64,000 bases of DNA from assembly GCA_965222615.1 (NCBI GenBank), contig CBDCUI010000007.1, positions 23,479-87,478 of the forward strand, given 5' to 3'. Position numbers and translations under genes: made by a program. Below, piece after piece: positions 37,026 through 47,087 of the stretch (its first letter is position 1; the number at the start of each line of letters is the position of its first letter). A model generated the notes under the pieces. It worked only from the letters and a program-made list of their open reading frames with translations. It searched no databases and had not been told where the DNA came from. Source of the stretch: Gammaproteobacteria bacterium (GTDB lineage Bacteria > Pseudomonadota > Gammaproteobacteria > UBA4575).

Positions 37026-38351
37026 TTGAATCCGATCGCTGTGTCAGAAAATTATACATTTCAACTTGAGAGCTTTCGCCAAGCCACCCCCTATATATAT
37101 GCGCATCGTGGCAAGACTTTTGTCGTGTATTTAAGTGATGCTGTACTCAACAGCAAAAACCTGCCTTCACTTATACATGATTTAGCTCTGGTTCATACAC
37201 TTGGAGTAAAACTAGTTTTGGTTTTAGGCTTACGTAGACTTATCGATAAAAAACTAGGCAAAATCAAAAATACTTTCCACGGTGACTTACGCATCACAGA
37301 TTTAAATTCTATACAACAAATAAAAGAAGTTGCTGGCAGCGTGCGCTCAAACATTGAAGCACTGTTTTCTATTGGCCTGATCAACACACCCATGTCTGGG
37401 ATGAAATTAAGTGTTGTGTCTGGAAATTTTATTCGCGCCAAACCAGTAGGTGTGCGAGATGGTATCGATCATCAATTTACTGGTGAAATACGAAGTATTG
37501 CTTCTAAAGAAATACAGCAGCAGCTGGATGCAGATAATATTGTTCTACTAACACCGTTAGGATATTCAAAAACTGGAGATATTTTCAATTTACCAAGTGC
37601 GGATGTTGCTATGCATACTGCGTGTGCACTGCAAAGTGAAAAATTGATTTTTATGCTTGATAAATTTAAAGCACCAGAAAATAAAAAACAAAGCAGTAAC
37701 CATTTCAATATTAGCGAGGCGCGCGAGCTGGTTAAGAAACTGACCAAAAATAAACAATATATTAAACGTTTTCTTAATTTAGCAATTCAAGCTTGCTTAG
37801 CAAATGTAAAACGCGTGCATTTGATCGACACCTCTAAGCCCGGAGCGCTATTAGAAGAGCTCTATACACTTGATGGTGTTGCCACTTTAATTACGGCCGA
37901 GACCTATGATGAAATACGCCCAGCAACCTTAGATGACGTAGGCGGCATTTTAGAACTCATCCAACCATTAATCGATAAGGGTGCACTTGTATCTCGTACA
38001 AAGGAACAATTAGAGCTACAAATTGATAGCTTTAATGTAATCAAGCGTGATGGCATGGTATTAGCATGCGGCGCCTTACAAATTTTCTCAGACGAGAATG
38101 CCGCAGAAATAGCTTGCCTAGCCGTACACCCTGAGTATCAATCTAGTGGCCGCGGCAAAAAAATGCTGGAACATTTAGAAAAAGATGCATATGAAGCTGG
38201 TCTAAATAAGCTCTTTGTGTTGACTACACAGACTGCCCACTGGTTTAGAGAACATGGGTTTAAACCAACTAAAATCGAGTCTCTACCTATGAAAAGGCAG
38301 GCTCTATATAACTACCAGCGCAATTCAAAGGTTTACAGTAAAACTGTTTAA
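37026..38351 (+). CDS. argA: Amino-acid N-acetyltransferase (N-acetylglutamate synthase)
   Basis: 441 aa. The N-terminal AAK domain (FRQATPYIYAHRGKTFVVYL..., HTLGVKLVLVLG) plus a C-terminal GNAT domain (LAVHPEYQSSGRGKKML) is collinear with E. coli ArgA. The start (TTG 37026 or GTG 37041) is uncertain. Confidence 0.9.
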   Translation: MNPIAVSENYTFQLESFRQATPYIYAHRGKTFVVYLSDAVLNSKNLPSLIHDLALVHTLGVKLVLVLGLRRLIDKKLGKIKNTFHGDLRITDLNSIQQIKEVAGSVRSNIEALFSIGLINTPMSGMKLSVVSGNFIRAKPVGVRDGIDHQFTGEIRSIASKEIQQQLDADNIVLLTPLGYSKTGDIFNLPSADVAMHTACALQSEKLIFMLDKFKAPENKKQSSNHFNISEARELVKKLTKNKQYIKRFLNLAIQACLANVKRVHLIDTSKPGALLEELYTLDGVATLITAETYDEIRPATLDDVGGILELIQPLIDKGALVSRTKEQLELQIDSFNVIKRDGMVLACGALQIFSDENAAEIACLAVHPEYQSSGRGKKMLEHLEKDAYEAGLNKLFVLTTQTAHWFREHGFKPTKIESLPMKRQALYNYQRNSKVYSKTV

Positions 38352-38447
38352 TATATAACCTGAACGGTAGATATTATTAGCCAACATTGTAGAACTATAA
38401 TTAAAGGTAGATTTAAATATATTACGATCAAGGAGAAAACAAGAGCT

Positions 38448-38849
38448 ATGAAGATCGATTCACCTGTACTAATCAGCTTGGGTATTTTAATTGGTGTAAT
38501 TCTAGCCATGTACATCCAACCCGTTAACACGGCATTAATGATTGCTGCAGGCTTATTAATTGCAGCATTTCTGCTTAGTCTCATTAGAACCCTAGTTAGC
38601 AGGGCTTCTGGAAAAACCGGACACCGTAAAAAAGTCAGTTCCACAAAACAAACAAATGGTACGGTAAAATGGTTTAATAACAAAAAAGGGTTTGGCTTTA
38701 TTGAACATGAAAATGGCGGAGATGTATTCGTTCACCATCGATCTATTCTTGGTAGCGGGCGAAAATATCTTAGAGAAGGTCAAAAAGTAACCATGGATAT
38801 TGTGCAGAGTGCAAAAGGCCCACAAGCTGAAAATGTGAGCCCACATTAG
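38448..38849 (+). CDS. Cold-shock-domain protein with N-terminal two-helix membrane anchor
   Basis: AGGAG RBS 12 nt upstream. Residues 1-50 are hydrophobic ([32 protein letters not shown]), followed by a basic linker. The CSD has RNP1 KGFGFI and RNP2 VFVHH ([27 protein letters not shown]). Confidence 0.8.
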   Translation: MKIDSPVLISLGILIGVILAMYIQPVNTALMIAAGLLIAAFLLSLIRTLVSRASGKTGHRKKVSSTKQTNGTVKWFNNKKGFGFIEHENGGDVFVHHRSILGSGRKYLREGQKVTMDIVQSAKGPQAENVSPH

Positions 38850-38854
38850 CCCTA

Positions 38855-39002
38855 CTAGAACCTATCTCAAAATTGAAGATTTTTATGTTTAGGCGAGGCC
38901 CGAGTTTTTCGAAAAGCACAGTGTACACGCCAGTACATGAGCATTTGAGAAAAACGAGAACAAAGCATAAGCGGAAAAGATTAATTTTGAGATAGGTTCT
39001 AG
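38855..39002. repeat. Palindromic intergenic repeat, copy C (core homologous to copy A, different outer arms)
   Basis: A perfect 20-bp terminal inverted repeat: ctagaacctatctcaaaatt (38855-38874) and aattttgagataggttctag (38983-39002). The core tttcgaaaagcacagtgtacacgccagtacatgagcatttgagaaa is about 80% identical by eye to the reverse complement of the copy-A core. Confidence 0.8.
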
Positions 39003-39091
39003 TTAATATTAATCCAGGCTAAATCATCTCGGTTCATAGTAAGAAAATATCGAAGATAAATATTATTTTCCTGCTTTGATTTATTTTAAAA

Positions 39092-40153
39092 TTGAAAATC
39101 TTAATTGTCGGCGCAGGACCAACTGGTTTAACCGCTGCGGTTGAACTCGCACGGCATGGAATAATTGCGGAAGTTATCGACTGTAAAGACGAAGCTTCTA
39201 CCCTATCTCGCGCAGTTGGAATTATACCCAGAAGCTTAAACTTATTAGACCCATCGGGCGTAAGCAAAAGATTGTTGAATGAAGGGATCAAAATTCGTCA
39301 AGCAAAAGGTTATCTGGACAATAAACTCACATTAACTTTACATATACAAGATGCCCATCCAGTCCATGATTACATACTCGCCTTGGCACAAGATCGCACA
39401 GAAGTAGCACTGCAAGATACATTTATTAAATATGGTGGAACGGTACGATACAAAACAGCACTCAAAGAACTACAGCAAAATGATGCTTATGTTATTGCGC
39501 AAACAAAAGATGGCAACAAAGTAAAATACGATTATGTCATTGGTGCTGATGGAGTTCGCAGTACCACAAGAAAATCACTTGGTCTTGAATATTCAGGTTT
39601 TGAGTTACCTGAAACCTGGTCAATTGCGGATGTAAATGCTAAGGACTGGCCCAATCCCGAGACTTTTACATTCTGTTTACTTTCAAATGGTCGTGTCGTT
39701 GTCGTTGTACCACTAGAACCTGACCGCTATCGAATAATCTCAAATACCGAAAATGCCTTAGCCACTTTACCACTTGACCTTAATATAATTAACATTAAAC
39801 GAGAGGGACAATTTAAGATTTCTATTCGCCAGGTTAACCAATATGGACTGGGGCATGTGTATTTAGCCGGTGATGCGGCCCATTGTCATTCTCCTGTTGG
39901 AGGTCGCGGTATGAATCTAGGCATTGCAGATGCAGCAGAGCTTGCTCAGAGGATGGTAGATGGAACACTTTCTGGCTATAGTGAATCCAGACATGCTGAA
40001 GGCGCTAAAATAATTGCTGGGAGCGAACACGCCCGCAAATTTCTCACTTCAAAAAATTTTATTACACGGCTCATTACCAAATCAGGTTTTAGATTAATCA
40101 ATGTATCGAGCACCTTACAAAGGCTTATCGCTAAAACATTACTTGGTAGTTAG
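39092..40153 (+). CDS. FAD-dependent monooxygenase (aromatic-ring hydroxylase-like)
   Basis: The TTG start sits directly at the Rossmann N-terminus MKILIVGAGPTGLTAAVELARHG. Also GADGVRSTTRK and YLAGDAAHCHSPVGGRGMNLG motifs. Confidence 0.85.
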   Translation: MKILIVGAGPTGLTAAVELARHGIIAEVIDCKDEASTLSRAVGIIPRSLNLLDPSGVSKRLLNEGIKIRQAKGYLDNKLTLTLHIQDAHPVHDYILALAQDRTEVALQDTFIKYGGTVRYKTALKELQQNDAYVIAQTKDGNKVKYDYVIGADGVRSTTRKSLGLEYSGFELPETWSIADVNAKDWPNPETFTFCLLSNGRVVVVVPLEPDRYRIISNTENALATLPLDLNIINIKREGQFKISIRQVNQYGLGHVYLAGDAAHCHSPVGGRGMNLGIADAAELAQRMVDGTLSGYSESRHAEGAKIIAGSEHARKFLTSKNFITRLITKSGFRLINVSSTLQRLIAKTLLGS

Positions 40154-40233
40154 CTGTTTTTACTCCTAGCAAAGCAATAATGTAATAAATTTAAGATATA
40201 ATTTTCGCTTAAATCTGCAACTGGAGAAAAAAT

Positions 40234-40662
40234 ATGTCTGATGTACGTGAAGCAAGCGGTACTTGCCTTTGTGGCAAAGTGCAAATATCTGTTAAATCCA
40301 TGAGCACTCATGCTGGAGCATGTCACTGCGGCATGTGTAGAAAATGGACAGGTGGGCCATTAATGGCTGTTGAATGTGGCACTGATGTTACGTTTACCGG
40401 TGAAGAATACATAAAAGTTTATAATTCTTCAGATTGGGCAGAACGTGGATTTTGTAGTGTTTGTGGAAGTCATCTTTTCTACAGACTAAAAGAAAATCAT
40501 CTACATATTATGCCCGTTGGAATTTTCGACCATGGCGATGATATTAAATTTGATCATCAAGTTTTTATTGATGACAAACCGGATTATTATGAATTCGCCA
40601 ATAAAACTAAAAACATGACAGGAGCAGAAGTTTTTGCTCAATTTTCACCTACATCTGACTGA
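40234..40662 (+). CDS. GFA family protein (glutathione-dependent formaldehyde-activating enzyme / CENP-V fold)
   Basis: 142 aa with zinc-binding Cys clusters: CLCGKV, ACHCGMCRKWTGGP, CSVCGSHLFY. Confidence 0.8.
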   Translation: MSDVREASGTCLCGKVQISVKSMSTHAGACHCGMCRKWTGGPLMAVECGTDVTFTGEEYIKVYNSSDWAERGFCSVCGSHLFYRLKENHLHIMPVGIFDHGDDIKFDHQVFIDDKPDYYEFANKTKNMTGAEVFAQFSPTSD

Positions 40663-40699
40663 ATAATTATTTATAAATATTAGAAACATAAAGTTATAC

Positions 40700-40948
40700 G
40701 TGAAAAGCAAACAAAACATTATTCAATCCCCTCTCATCTGGTTGGTGCTCAGCTTGACACTAGGATTAGCACCTTTCTTACCTGAACCTCATGTCTGGGA
40801 AAAACTTAAGTGGATTCTAGCAGGTGCTAAAGGGATGCGGCCAATTGATTGGTTTGATTTCGTTTTACATGGAACACCGTGGTTGCTATTGATAATTTCT
40901 GTACTCAGTAAATTTAAATCGACTAAAACAGATTTGACTAAGGATTAA
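40700..40948 (+). CDS. Small hypothetical membrane protein (2 TM)
   Basis: 82-aa ORF with a GTG start and two hydrophobic segments. It overlaps the convergent ORF 40938..41390 by 11 nt. Whether it is coding is unverified. Confidence 0.4.
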   Translation: MKSKQNIIQSPLIWLVLSLTLGLAPFLPEPHVWEKLKWILAGAKGMRPIDWFDFVLHGTPWLLLIISVLSKFKSTKTDLTKD

Positions 40949-41390
40949 GCCAATCTTTGTATGTTGTATGAATTTCCTCGATTAAATCAGGCAAAGATTG
41001 ATTAATTTGCAAGTCAAAGGGTTCGCCAAAATATTGCTTTAACCGACTGACAATAAGATCTTCTTCAAGATCAAAGCACTCAGTGAGGCTTTCACTGATC
41101 CGTTTAGTACTAGGCTGAAATTTAGGATCTGGTTGCACGATATTGAATAACAATTGGATCTCTCTTTGGTAAGAATTTGAGCGTTGTTTACGATTTTCTT
41201 TATCAATTTCCCTCTGCATTGGATCATCACTAGAAAAAAATTTAACCGCTATTCTTCCAGCGATTACAGTAGCAACTACAGCCACAAAAAGTAATAAATA
41301 TCCCGAGCCAAGTGAATAATTCTCAAACAAAAACAACAGACCAATTGTTATACCAATAAATGAGAATCCATATATAAGTACTGGATGCAT
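40938..41390 (-). CDS. Hypothetical membrane protein (2 N-terminal TM + cytoplasmic domain)
   Basis: 150 aa with two N-terminal hydrophobic helices followed by a charged soluble region. No recognisable family. Confidence 0.5.
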   Translation of the reverse strand: MHPVLIYGFSFIGITIGLLFLFENYSLGSGYLLLFVAVVATVIAGRIAVKFFSSDDPMQREIDKENRKQRSNSYQREIQLLFNIVQPDPKFQPSTKRISESLTECFDLEEDLIVSRLKQYFGEPFDLQINQSLPDLIEEIHTTYKDWLNP

Positions 41391-41467
41391 AGTCGTTAGA
41401 ATCTATTTCACGTTTTTTTATAAAATGAGTATAATCAAATCAGTTCATCTAAAAAAAGGCATAAATA

Positions 41468-41875
41468 ATGCTTAAGCAATTAGTTTACCTCAGTATGGCA
41501 TTATTAATTTTGTTTCAACCTGTGTTTTCAGCATCGATTAATGACTATATAGAAGCTTGTACATCAAACCAGAAAAATAATATGGGCCCCGAATTATGCG
41601 AATGCATGGCTAACAAGGGCAAGGATTTATCCGAAGAAGAATTTGACTTTTTTTACGCTATCGCAGCAAAAGATCAGGATAAAGTAAATAAAGGTCATGT
41701 TACTCTTGATGCAAATCAGAAAATGAATGTAATGCAATTATCCATGATGGGACCATCAAAATGCACAAATGAGTTAGCGCAGAAAAAAAATAACAGCGAA
41801 ACTCAAGATTCACCATCAAATTCATCTTCTTCTGCGACGTCTACAACTGAAGCAGATAGTACTCTATCACAGTGA
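41468..41875 (+). CDS. Hypothetical secreted Cys-containing protein with Ser-rich tail
   Basis: 135 aa with a signal peptide (LILFQPVFSA|S), four Cys residues (EACTS..ELCECM..SKCTNE) and a low-complexity tail SPSNSSSSATSTTEADS. Confidence 0.5.
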   Translation: MLKQLVYLSMALLILFQPVFSASINDYIEACTSNQKNNMGPELCECMANKGKDLSEEEFDFFYAIAAKDQDKVNKGHVTLDANQKMNVMQLSMMGPSKCTNELAQKKNNSETQDSPSNSSSSATSTTEADSTLSQ

Positions 41876-41920
41876 CGCATTATATTTTTTTTAATAGTTA
41901 TTATATGCCCTCTAAATAAT

Positions 41921-42646
41921 GTGCTAACTTTATATCAGTTTCCAATCTCACACTATTGCGAAAAAGCTCGTTGGACACTTGAATACAAAAAATTAGAATA
42001 TAAAAAAGTTAATTTACTACCTGGACCACACATAAAAAAAGCAAAAAAGCTAGCAAATAAGCCTTCCCTGCCAATACTCGTGCATAATGGCAAAGTTATC
42101 AATGAATCACGGAAAATAATAACTTACCTAGATCATATATTCCCTAATAATAAACTAACACCCGAGAATGAAGATTTAAAAAAATCTGCAATGGATTGGG
42201 AGCATTTTGCTGATAAAGAAATTGGACCTGATGTGCGTAGTTTATGCTATCACACCTTGCTTGATCATCCAGATATTACGATTCCATTTTTCACAGTAGA
42301 TGGACCTTGGTATGGAAACTTATTTATGAAATATAACTATCCAAGACTAAGTAAAAATATGCGCACATTAATGCAACTCAATGATAAAACCGTTGGACTT
42401 ATTCAACAACGACTAACAAAAGCAATCAATAAGTTATATGCACATATTAAGACAAGAGAATTTTTTGTAGGCAACACCTTCACGCGTGCAGATCTTGCAA
42501 TAGCATCCTTATTAGCACCCTTATGCAAACCTGCTAAATATGGCTTAGATTGGCCCAAGCAATATCCTGAACCACTACACAGCACCATAAAAGAATATAA
42601 AGATAAACTGAACTGGGTAACGAATATGTATAACCAGTTCAGATAA
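41921..42646 (+). CDS. Glutathione S-transferase family protein
   Basis: GTG start. The N-terminal thioredoxin-like motif LYQFPISHYCEKARWTLEYK...LPIL..NGKVINESRKI is followed by a helical C-terminal domain. Confidence 0.7.
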   Translation: MLTLYQFPISHYCEKARWTLEYKKLEYKKVNLLPGPHIKKAKKLANKPSLPILVHNGKVINESRKIITYLDHIFPNNKLTPENEDLKKSAMDWEHFADKEIGPDVRSLCYHTLLDHPDITIPFFTVDGPWYGNLFMKYNYPRLSKNMRTLMQLNDKTVGLIQQRLTKAINKLYAHIKTREFFVGNTFTRADLAIASLLAPLCKPAKYGLDWPKQYPEPLHSTIKEYKDKLNWVTNMYNQFR

Positions 42647-42681
42647 ATTTTTACACATAAGCAGATATACAGCTCATTAAT

Positions 42682-43011
42682 ATGAGTCATACCATGTCAC
42701 TTACGAATACATTAAGAATAATAGCAATACTTTTGATATTAGCATCGGTATATCAATATATAACATTGGATCTGCTACCTATAAAAACCATCGTAGTTGC
42801 TCATATCCTTTTTATATTAAGTTTCTTTAGTGATGGTCATGCACAACGTGTTTCAGTGGTATCACTTGGACTTGCACTAGTAGTTCCAATCGGTGCATGG
42901 CGTATGTATAAAACAGGAGATGTTGCACTTGGTTTTTTTATATTTAATCTGGTAGTTTTTACATATCTTGCTTACATTGCATACAAAACACTCATTAGCA
43001 AATCTGCATGA
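42682..43011 (+). CDS. Small hypothetical membrane protein (about 4 TM)
   Basis: 109 aa, almost entirely hydrophobic helices. No recognisable family. Confidence 0.45.
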   Translation: MSHTMSLTNTLRIIAILLILASVYQYITLDLLPIKTIVVAHILFILSFFSDGHAQRVSVVSLGLALVVPIGAWRMYKTGDVALGFFIFNLVVFTYLAYIAYKTLISKSA

Positions 43012-43049
43012 ATAATAGTGATGGCAGTTAACAGCCATATTTAACCAAT

Positions 43050-44027
43050 ATGAATTCAGACCCACGACTGACTCAGTTACATGAGTGGATAAGAGATATT
43101 TTAGGAAAAGTTGATTATTCACTTATACCAGTGTCTGGTGATGCAAGCTTTCGTCGCTATTTTCGCTTTACCTCAAAACAACAGCAATTTATAGCTGTAG
43201 ATGCTCCACCTGATAAAGAAAACAATGCATCTTTTATAAATATTACACATTTATTAGAAGCTGAAGGTTTACCAGTACCTCATATTTATTTTAGTACACT
43301 AGATTTTGGCTTCTTTTTGTTAAGCGATCTTGGCGACACAATATTTCTAGACATCTTGGAAAACAACAACGCAGATTCTTTATATAGCAAAGCACTCAAT
43401 GCACTAGCAGTTATTCAACAAACATCAGCGAATAGTTTGCCAGATTATGATCAATCACTATTATTGACTGAAATGGAGCTTTTTAGAAATTGGTTTTTAA
43501 ATTCGCATTTGAAAATCGAGTTATCGAATCAGGAAAATAAATTTTTTGACCAAGTTTTTACTTTTCTCATTAAAAATGCATTACAACAACCTCAGGTTTT
43601 CGTACATCGTGATTATCACTCACGCAACCTGATGAAAATAGATAATATGTATCCTGGTATTATTGACTACCAAGATGCTGTTCGCGGACCAGTAACATAT
43701 GATTTAGTTTCTTTATTACGAGACTGTTATATTGATTGGCCGATTTCTGATGTAGAAAAATGGGCACTTTCTTATAGAAAAAATATTATTAACAAAGACA
43801 TTATTAAAAATGTAGACGAAGAAACTTTTTTACGTTGGTTTGATTTAATGGGAATTCAACGACACCTAAAAGCTATCGGTATATTCTCACGTTTAAATAT
43901 TCGCGATAAAAAGTCAAACTACTTAGAGGATATCCCACGAGCCTTAAATTACATTAAGACTATTGCCCCAAAATACCCTGAAACATGCTCTTTAGCAGAA
44001 TTTGTTCATAATAAGGTATCTATTTGA
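43050..44027 (+). CDS. amgK: Anomeric MurNAc/GlcNAc kinase (aminoglycoside-phosphotransferase fold)
   Basis: 325 aa. SGDASFRRYFR, VFVHRDYHSRNLM and IIDYQDA are APH-fold motifs. It is coupled (4-nt overlap region) to a MurU-like nucleotidyltransferase, the known AmgK-MurU pair. Confidence 0.8.
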   Translation: MNSDPRLTQLHEWIRDILGKVDYSLIPVSGDASFRRYFRFTSKQQQFIAVDAPPDKENNASFINITHLLEAEGLPVPHIYFSTLDFGFFLLSDLGDTIFLDILENNNADSLYSKALNALAVIQQTSANSLPDYDQSLLLTEMELFRNWFLNSHLKIELSNQENKFFDQVFTFLIKNALQQPQVFVHRDYHSRNLMKIDNMYPGIIDYQDAVRGPVTYDLVSLLRDCYIDWPISDVEKWALSYRKNIINKDIIKNVDEETFLRWFDLMGIQRHLKAIGIFSRLNIRDKKSNYLEDIPRALNYIKTIAPKYPETCSLAEFVHNKVSI

Positions 44028-44029
44028 AA

Positions 44030-44701
44030 ATGATGAAATGTATGCTACTCGCAGCAGGTTTAGGTGAACGATTGCGACCCCTTACTAACGAAGTACCTAA
44101 ACCACTTATCAAAATTGCTGGCAAGCCTTTAATTGATCACCATTTAGATAGACTGAAGTCTGCAGGTTATCGCGAAATTGTCATAAACCTCTCGTATCTA
44201 GGAGATCAGATTCGAGAATATCTCAAAGACGGGCATCGATTTGGTCTTGATATTAAATATTCAGACGAAGGCCAAGAACCACTTGAAACAGCTGGTGGAA
44301 TTATTCGAGCCTTGCCTTTACTTGGTGATCAACCTTTTTTAGTAATAAATGCAGATATTTGGTGTGATCATACACTTTCATTTCCAAAGTTAACCCAAAA
44401 TAAACATGCACATATCGTTCTTGTTAACAACCCTTCTCACAATCCTGGTGGTGATTTTGTGTATGAATTTGGAAAGATCTATAACACAGGAAATCACTTT
44501 CTAACCTACAGTGGTATCGGCATCTATAGTCCGAAACTATTCCAACAACACAAACCAGGCAAACTTGCACTTGCACCCATTTTGCGCGATGCAATAGATA
44601 AAGAGACTGTTAGTGGCGAGTACCACGCTGGCACATGGTTTGATGTTGGAACAAAAGAGCGTTTAGATGAAGTTGAGAAGTATATTTCTAAAATCAGTTA
44701 A
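44030..44701 (+). CDS. murU: N-acetylmuramate alpha-1-phosphate uridylyltransferase
   Basis: The sugar-nucleotidyltransferase N-terminus is LLAAGLGERLRPLT..VPKPL. It pairs with amgK. The start is ambiguous: TTG 44024, or ATG 44030, 44033 or 44042. Confidence 0.8.
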   Translation: MMKCMLLAAGLGERLRPLTNEVPKPLIKIAGKPLIDHHLDRLKSAGYREIVINLSYLGDQIREYLKDGHRFGLDIKYSDEGQEPLETAGGIIRALPLLGDQPFLVINADIWCDHTLSFPKLTQNKHAHIVLVNNPSHNPGGDFVYEFGKIYNTGNHFLTYSGIGIYSPKLFQQHKPGKLALAPILRDAIDKETVSGEYHAGTWFDVGTKERLDEVEKYISKIS

Positions 44702-44716
44702 TTCTAGAATAGCATT

Positions 44717-45481
44717 TTAAATCACAAAATATTTATACCAAAGTTTCCCAAAATATTCATGCAAAGCAATTTTTGTATGCCTTAGAGCGGATACTTTAGG
44801 TAAGTAATCTTGATAGTTGGGAGTATGGGTATTGCGTTTATAAAAAACGGTAGGTGCTGGTGTAGGCTCAAGCCCAACTTTTTCAAAACACCAAACTGCT
44901 CTTGGCATATGGTAAGCATGCGTTACAAGTAAAAAACTTGAAATCGAATTATCGTCGAGAATTGATTTCGAAAACTTCGCATTTTCAAAAGTATTTTTGC
45001 TTTTGTGTTCCATCCAAGTTACTTGAACACCAAAATAAATTTCAAAAATATGCTTCATTAAAGTGGCTTCAGAACGCCTTTCATCGTTCACTGTGCCACC
45101 TACTGCCAAAATAGGAAGTTCAGTAGCTTTGGCTAATTTGGCAGCATAACGTAAACGCTGTAATGTGGTTGCATTAACCGTATCCAAACTATCATACTCA
45201 CGTGCAATCGGAAGTCGGCCACCTGAAAGTACTACAATTGCTTGGATATCGGATGGAATCTCTTTTAAGACTTCATGCTCATATTGCAGTGGATCTAAAA
45301 GCTGGCGTGCAAAATATGGAATGCTAGCTAAATACAACAGTACAGCACCAAGCAATATACAAAATGCAGCAAATTTAGGCATTCGAAATAACCACACCAA
45401 TAACCCAAGGGTGATTAAAATCAAAGGTCCCATGGGTGGTAGTAATAAATCTAGAATCGTTCTAAAGACTTCAGAACTCAT
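44717..45481 (-). CDS. DUF218 / YdcF-ElyC family envelope protein
   Basis: 254 aa with two N-terminal TM helices, then the DUF218-type core (IVVLSGG..., LVTHAYHMPRA). Confidence 0.7.
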   Translation of the reverse strand: MSSEVFRTILDLLLPPMGPLILITLGLLVWLFRMPKFAAFCILLGAVLLYLASIPYFARQLLDPLQYEHEVLKEIPSDIQAIVVLSGGRLPIAREYDSLDTVNATTLQRLRYAAKLAKATELPILAVGGTVNDERRSEATLMKHIFEIYFGVQVTWMEHKSKNTFENAKFSKSILDDNSISSFLLVTHAYHMPRAVWCFEKVGLEPTPAPTVFYKRNTHTPNYQDYLPKVSALRHTKIALHEYFGKLWYKYFVI

Positions 45482-45484
45482 TTA

Positions 45485-46447
45485 CTAAGAATAACTCAGT
45501 GCTTGTTGTGCTTGAAGATCTGCATGATAAGAAGAACGTACCAGTGGACCGCTGGCGACATGATCAAAGCCCAAATCTTTTCCAGCTGCATGCAATTCAT
45601 CAAATTCACTTGGAGAGAGATATCGTTGTACAGAAAGATGATGTGGACTAGGTTGCAAATACTGTCCCAATGTGAGCATATTTACATCATGGTCACGCAG
45701 ATCTTGCATTACGCTTAACACTTCATCGATCTCCTCACCCAATCCTAACATCAATCCAGATTTAGTTGGCACATGCGGAAGATGCATTTTATGAAGTTGC
45801 AAAAGATTTAGTGAGTGCAGGTAATCCGCTCCAGGTCGAACAAATGGATATAAACGCGGCACAGTTTCCAGATTGTGGTTAAACACATCCGCAGGGCTTT
45901 TAGACATAATTTCCACTGCATGTTCTAACCGCCCACGGAAATCAGGAACCAATACTTCAATCTTAATTCCTGCACATCGATTACGTACCTGTTGAATGCA
46001 AGCAATAAAATGCTTTGCTCCGCCATCATGCAAATCATCACGGTCCACTGAGGTAATCACTACATATTTTAAGCCCAAACGTTTAATGGTTTCAGCTAAA
46101 TGCTTGGGTTCCTGTTTATCCAAAGGTAATGGCCGGCCATGTGCGACATCACAAAATGAGCACCGCCTGGTGCAAACATCGCCCATGATCATAAAGGTTG
46201 CTGTGCCACTATTAAAACACTCTGTCAAATTAGGGCAAGACGCCTCTTCACAAACAGTATGCAATTTTTGCTCTCTTAGTAATTTCTTCAGCTCTTTTAC
46301 TTCTGCTGTAAGCGGCACTTTCACACGAATCCAACTTGGTTTCAGTAAACGTGATGTAGAACTTTTAATTGCCACCGGAATTTTAGTGACTTTTTCACTG
46401 CCACGCTGTTTAACTCCAAGCTTATTAAGATGTGATTTATTAGCCAA
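45485..46447 (-). CDS. lipA: Lipoyl synthase
   Basis: The radical-SAM motif [10 protein letters not shown] plus the auxiliary cluster [12 protein letters not shown]. 320 aa. Confidence 0.95.
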   Translation of the reverse strand: MANKSHLNKLGVKQRGSEKVTKIPVAIKSSTSRLLKPSWIRVKVPLTAEVKELKKLLREQKLHTVCEEASCPNLTECFNSGTATFMIMGDVCTRRCSFCDVAHGRPLPLDKQEPKHLAETIKRLGLKYVVITSVDRDDLHDGGAKHFIACIQQVRNRCAGIKIEVLVPDFRGRLEHAVEIMSKSPADVFNHNLETVPRLYPFVRPGADYLHSLNLLQLHKMHLPHVPTKSGLMLGLGEEIDEVLSVMQDLRDHDVNMLTLGQYLQPSPHHLSVQRYLSPSEFDELHAAGKDLGFDHVASGPLVRSSYHADLQAQQALSYS

Positions 46448-47078
46448 AGGTTTTTACTTCTGTAGGTTTATATTGAAGATGAGTACATAATTGTAAAAAC
46501 AAGTCTTTTTGGATCTGTTCAAAATCTAGTTCTACTTCATAATTTTTTAACTGGGTGACTTCTAAGTCTGAAAACCCACATGGATTGATATAGGTAAATG
46601 GTGTTAGATCCATATCTACATTTAGTGCCACACCATGATAACTACAACCTTTGTAGACACGCAAACCCAACGATGCAATTTTAGCACTATTAACATATAC
46701 ACCATGTGCTTCTGCACGAGCTTCAGATTCAATACTATAACTATCCAATAATGCCACAACAGCTTGTTCTATGCCCTGCACAAATTGTTTTACACCGAAA
46801 TTTTTACGACGCAGATCTACAAGTAGATACACAATGATTTGTCCTGGACCATGATAAGTAACTTGCCCACCTCGATCTGACTGTACAATTGGAATATTTG
46901 AATGCCTGAGGATGTGTTTTTCGTCAGCATTTGCGCCAAGAGTAAAGACTGCTGGATGCTGCAAACACCAAAACTCATCTGTAGTTTCTACATCACGCTT
47001 ATTGGTAAACTCACGCATTCTTGCAAGCGTCAAAGAATATTCCTGCGTGCCTAATTCACGTATCAATAACTTAGACAT
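46440..47078 (-). CDS. lipB: Octanoyltransferase (lipoyl(octanoyl) transferase)
   Basis: [12 protein letters not shown] and the active-site region PCG in INPCGF. It overlaps lipA by 8 nt. Confidence 0.92.
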   Translation of the reverse strand: MSKLLIRELGTQEYSLTLARMREFTNKRDVETTDEFWCLQHPAVFTLGANADEKHILRHSNIPIVQSDRGGQVTYHGPGQIIVYLLVDLRRKNFGVKQFVQGIEQAVVALLDSYSIESEARAEAHGVYVNSAKIASLGLRVYKGCSYHGVALNVDMDLTPFTYINPCGFSDLEVTQLKNYEVELDFEQIQKDLFLQLCTHLQYKPTEVKTFG

Positions 47079-47087
47079 GAATAAGCT

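Noticed and set aside
38348-38683. A 111-aa minus-strand ORF overlapping the 5' half of the cold-shock-domain gene.
   Set aside because: The plus-strand frame carries unmistakable CSD motifs and an RBS. The minus-strand ORF is an antisense shadow of the hydrophobic region.
45996-46490. A 164-aa plus-strand ORF antisense to lipA. Similar antisense ORFs lie at 47479-47958 (in dat), 19877-20341 (in ilvD), 28823-29155 (in hpr), 27903-28232 (in mtkB) and 32099-32458 (in ppc).
   Set aside because: Each lies entirely within a strongly supported gene on the opposite strand and has no family signature. They are treated as non-coding.
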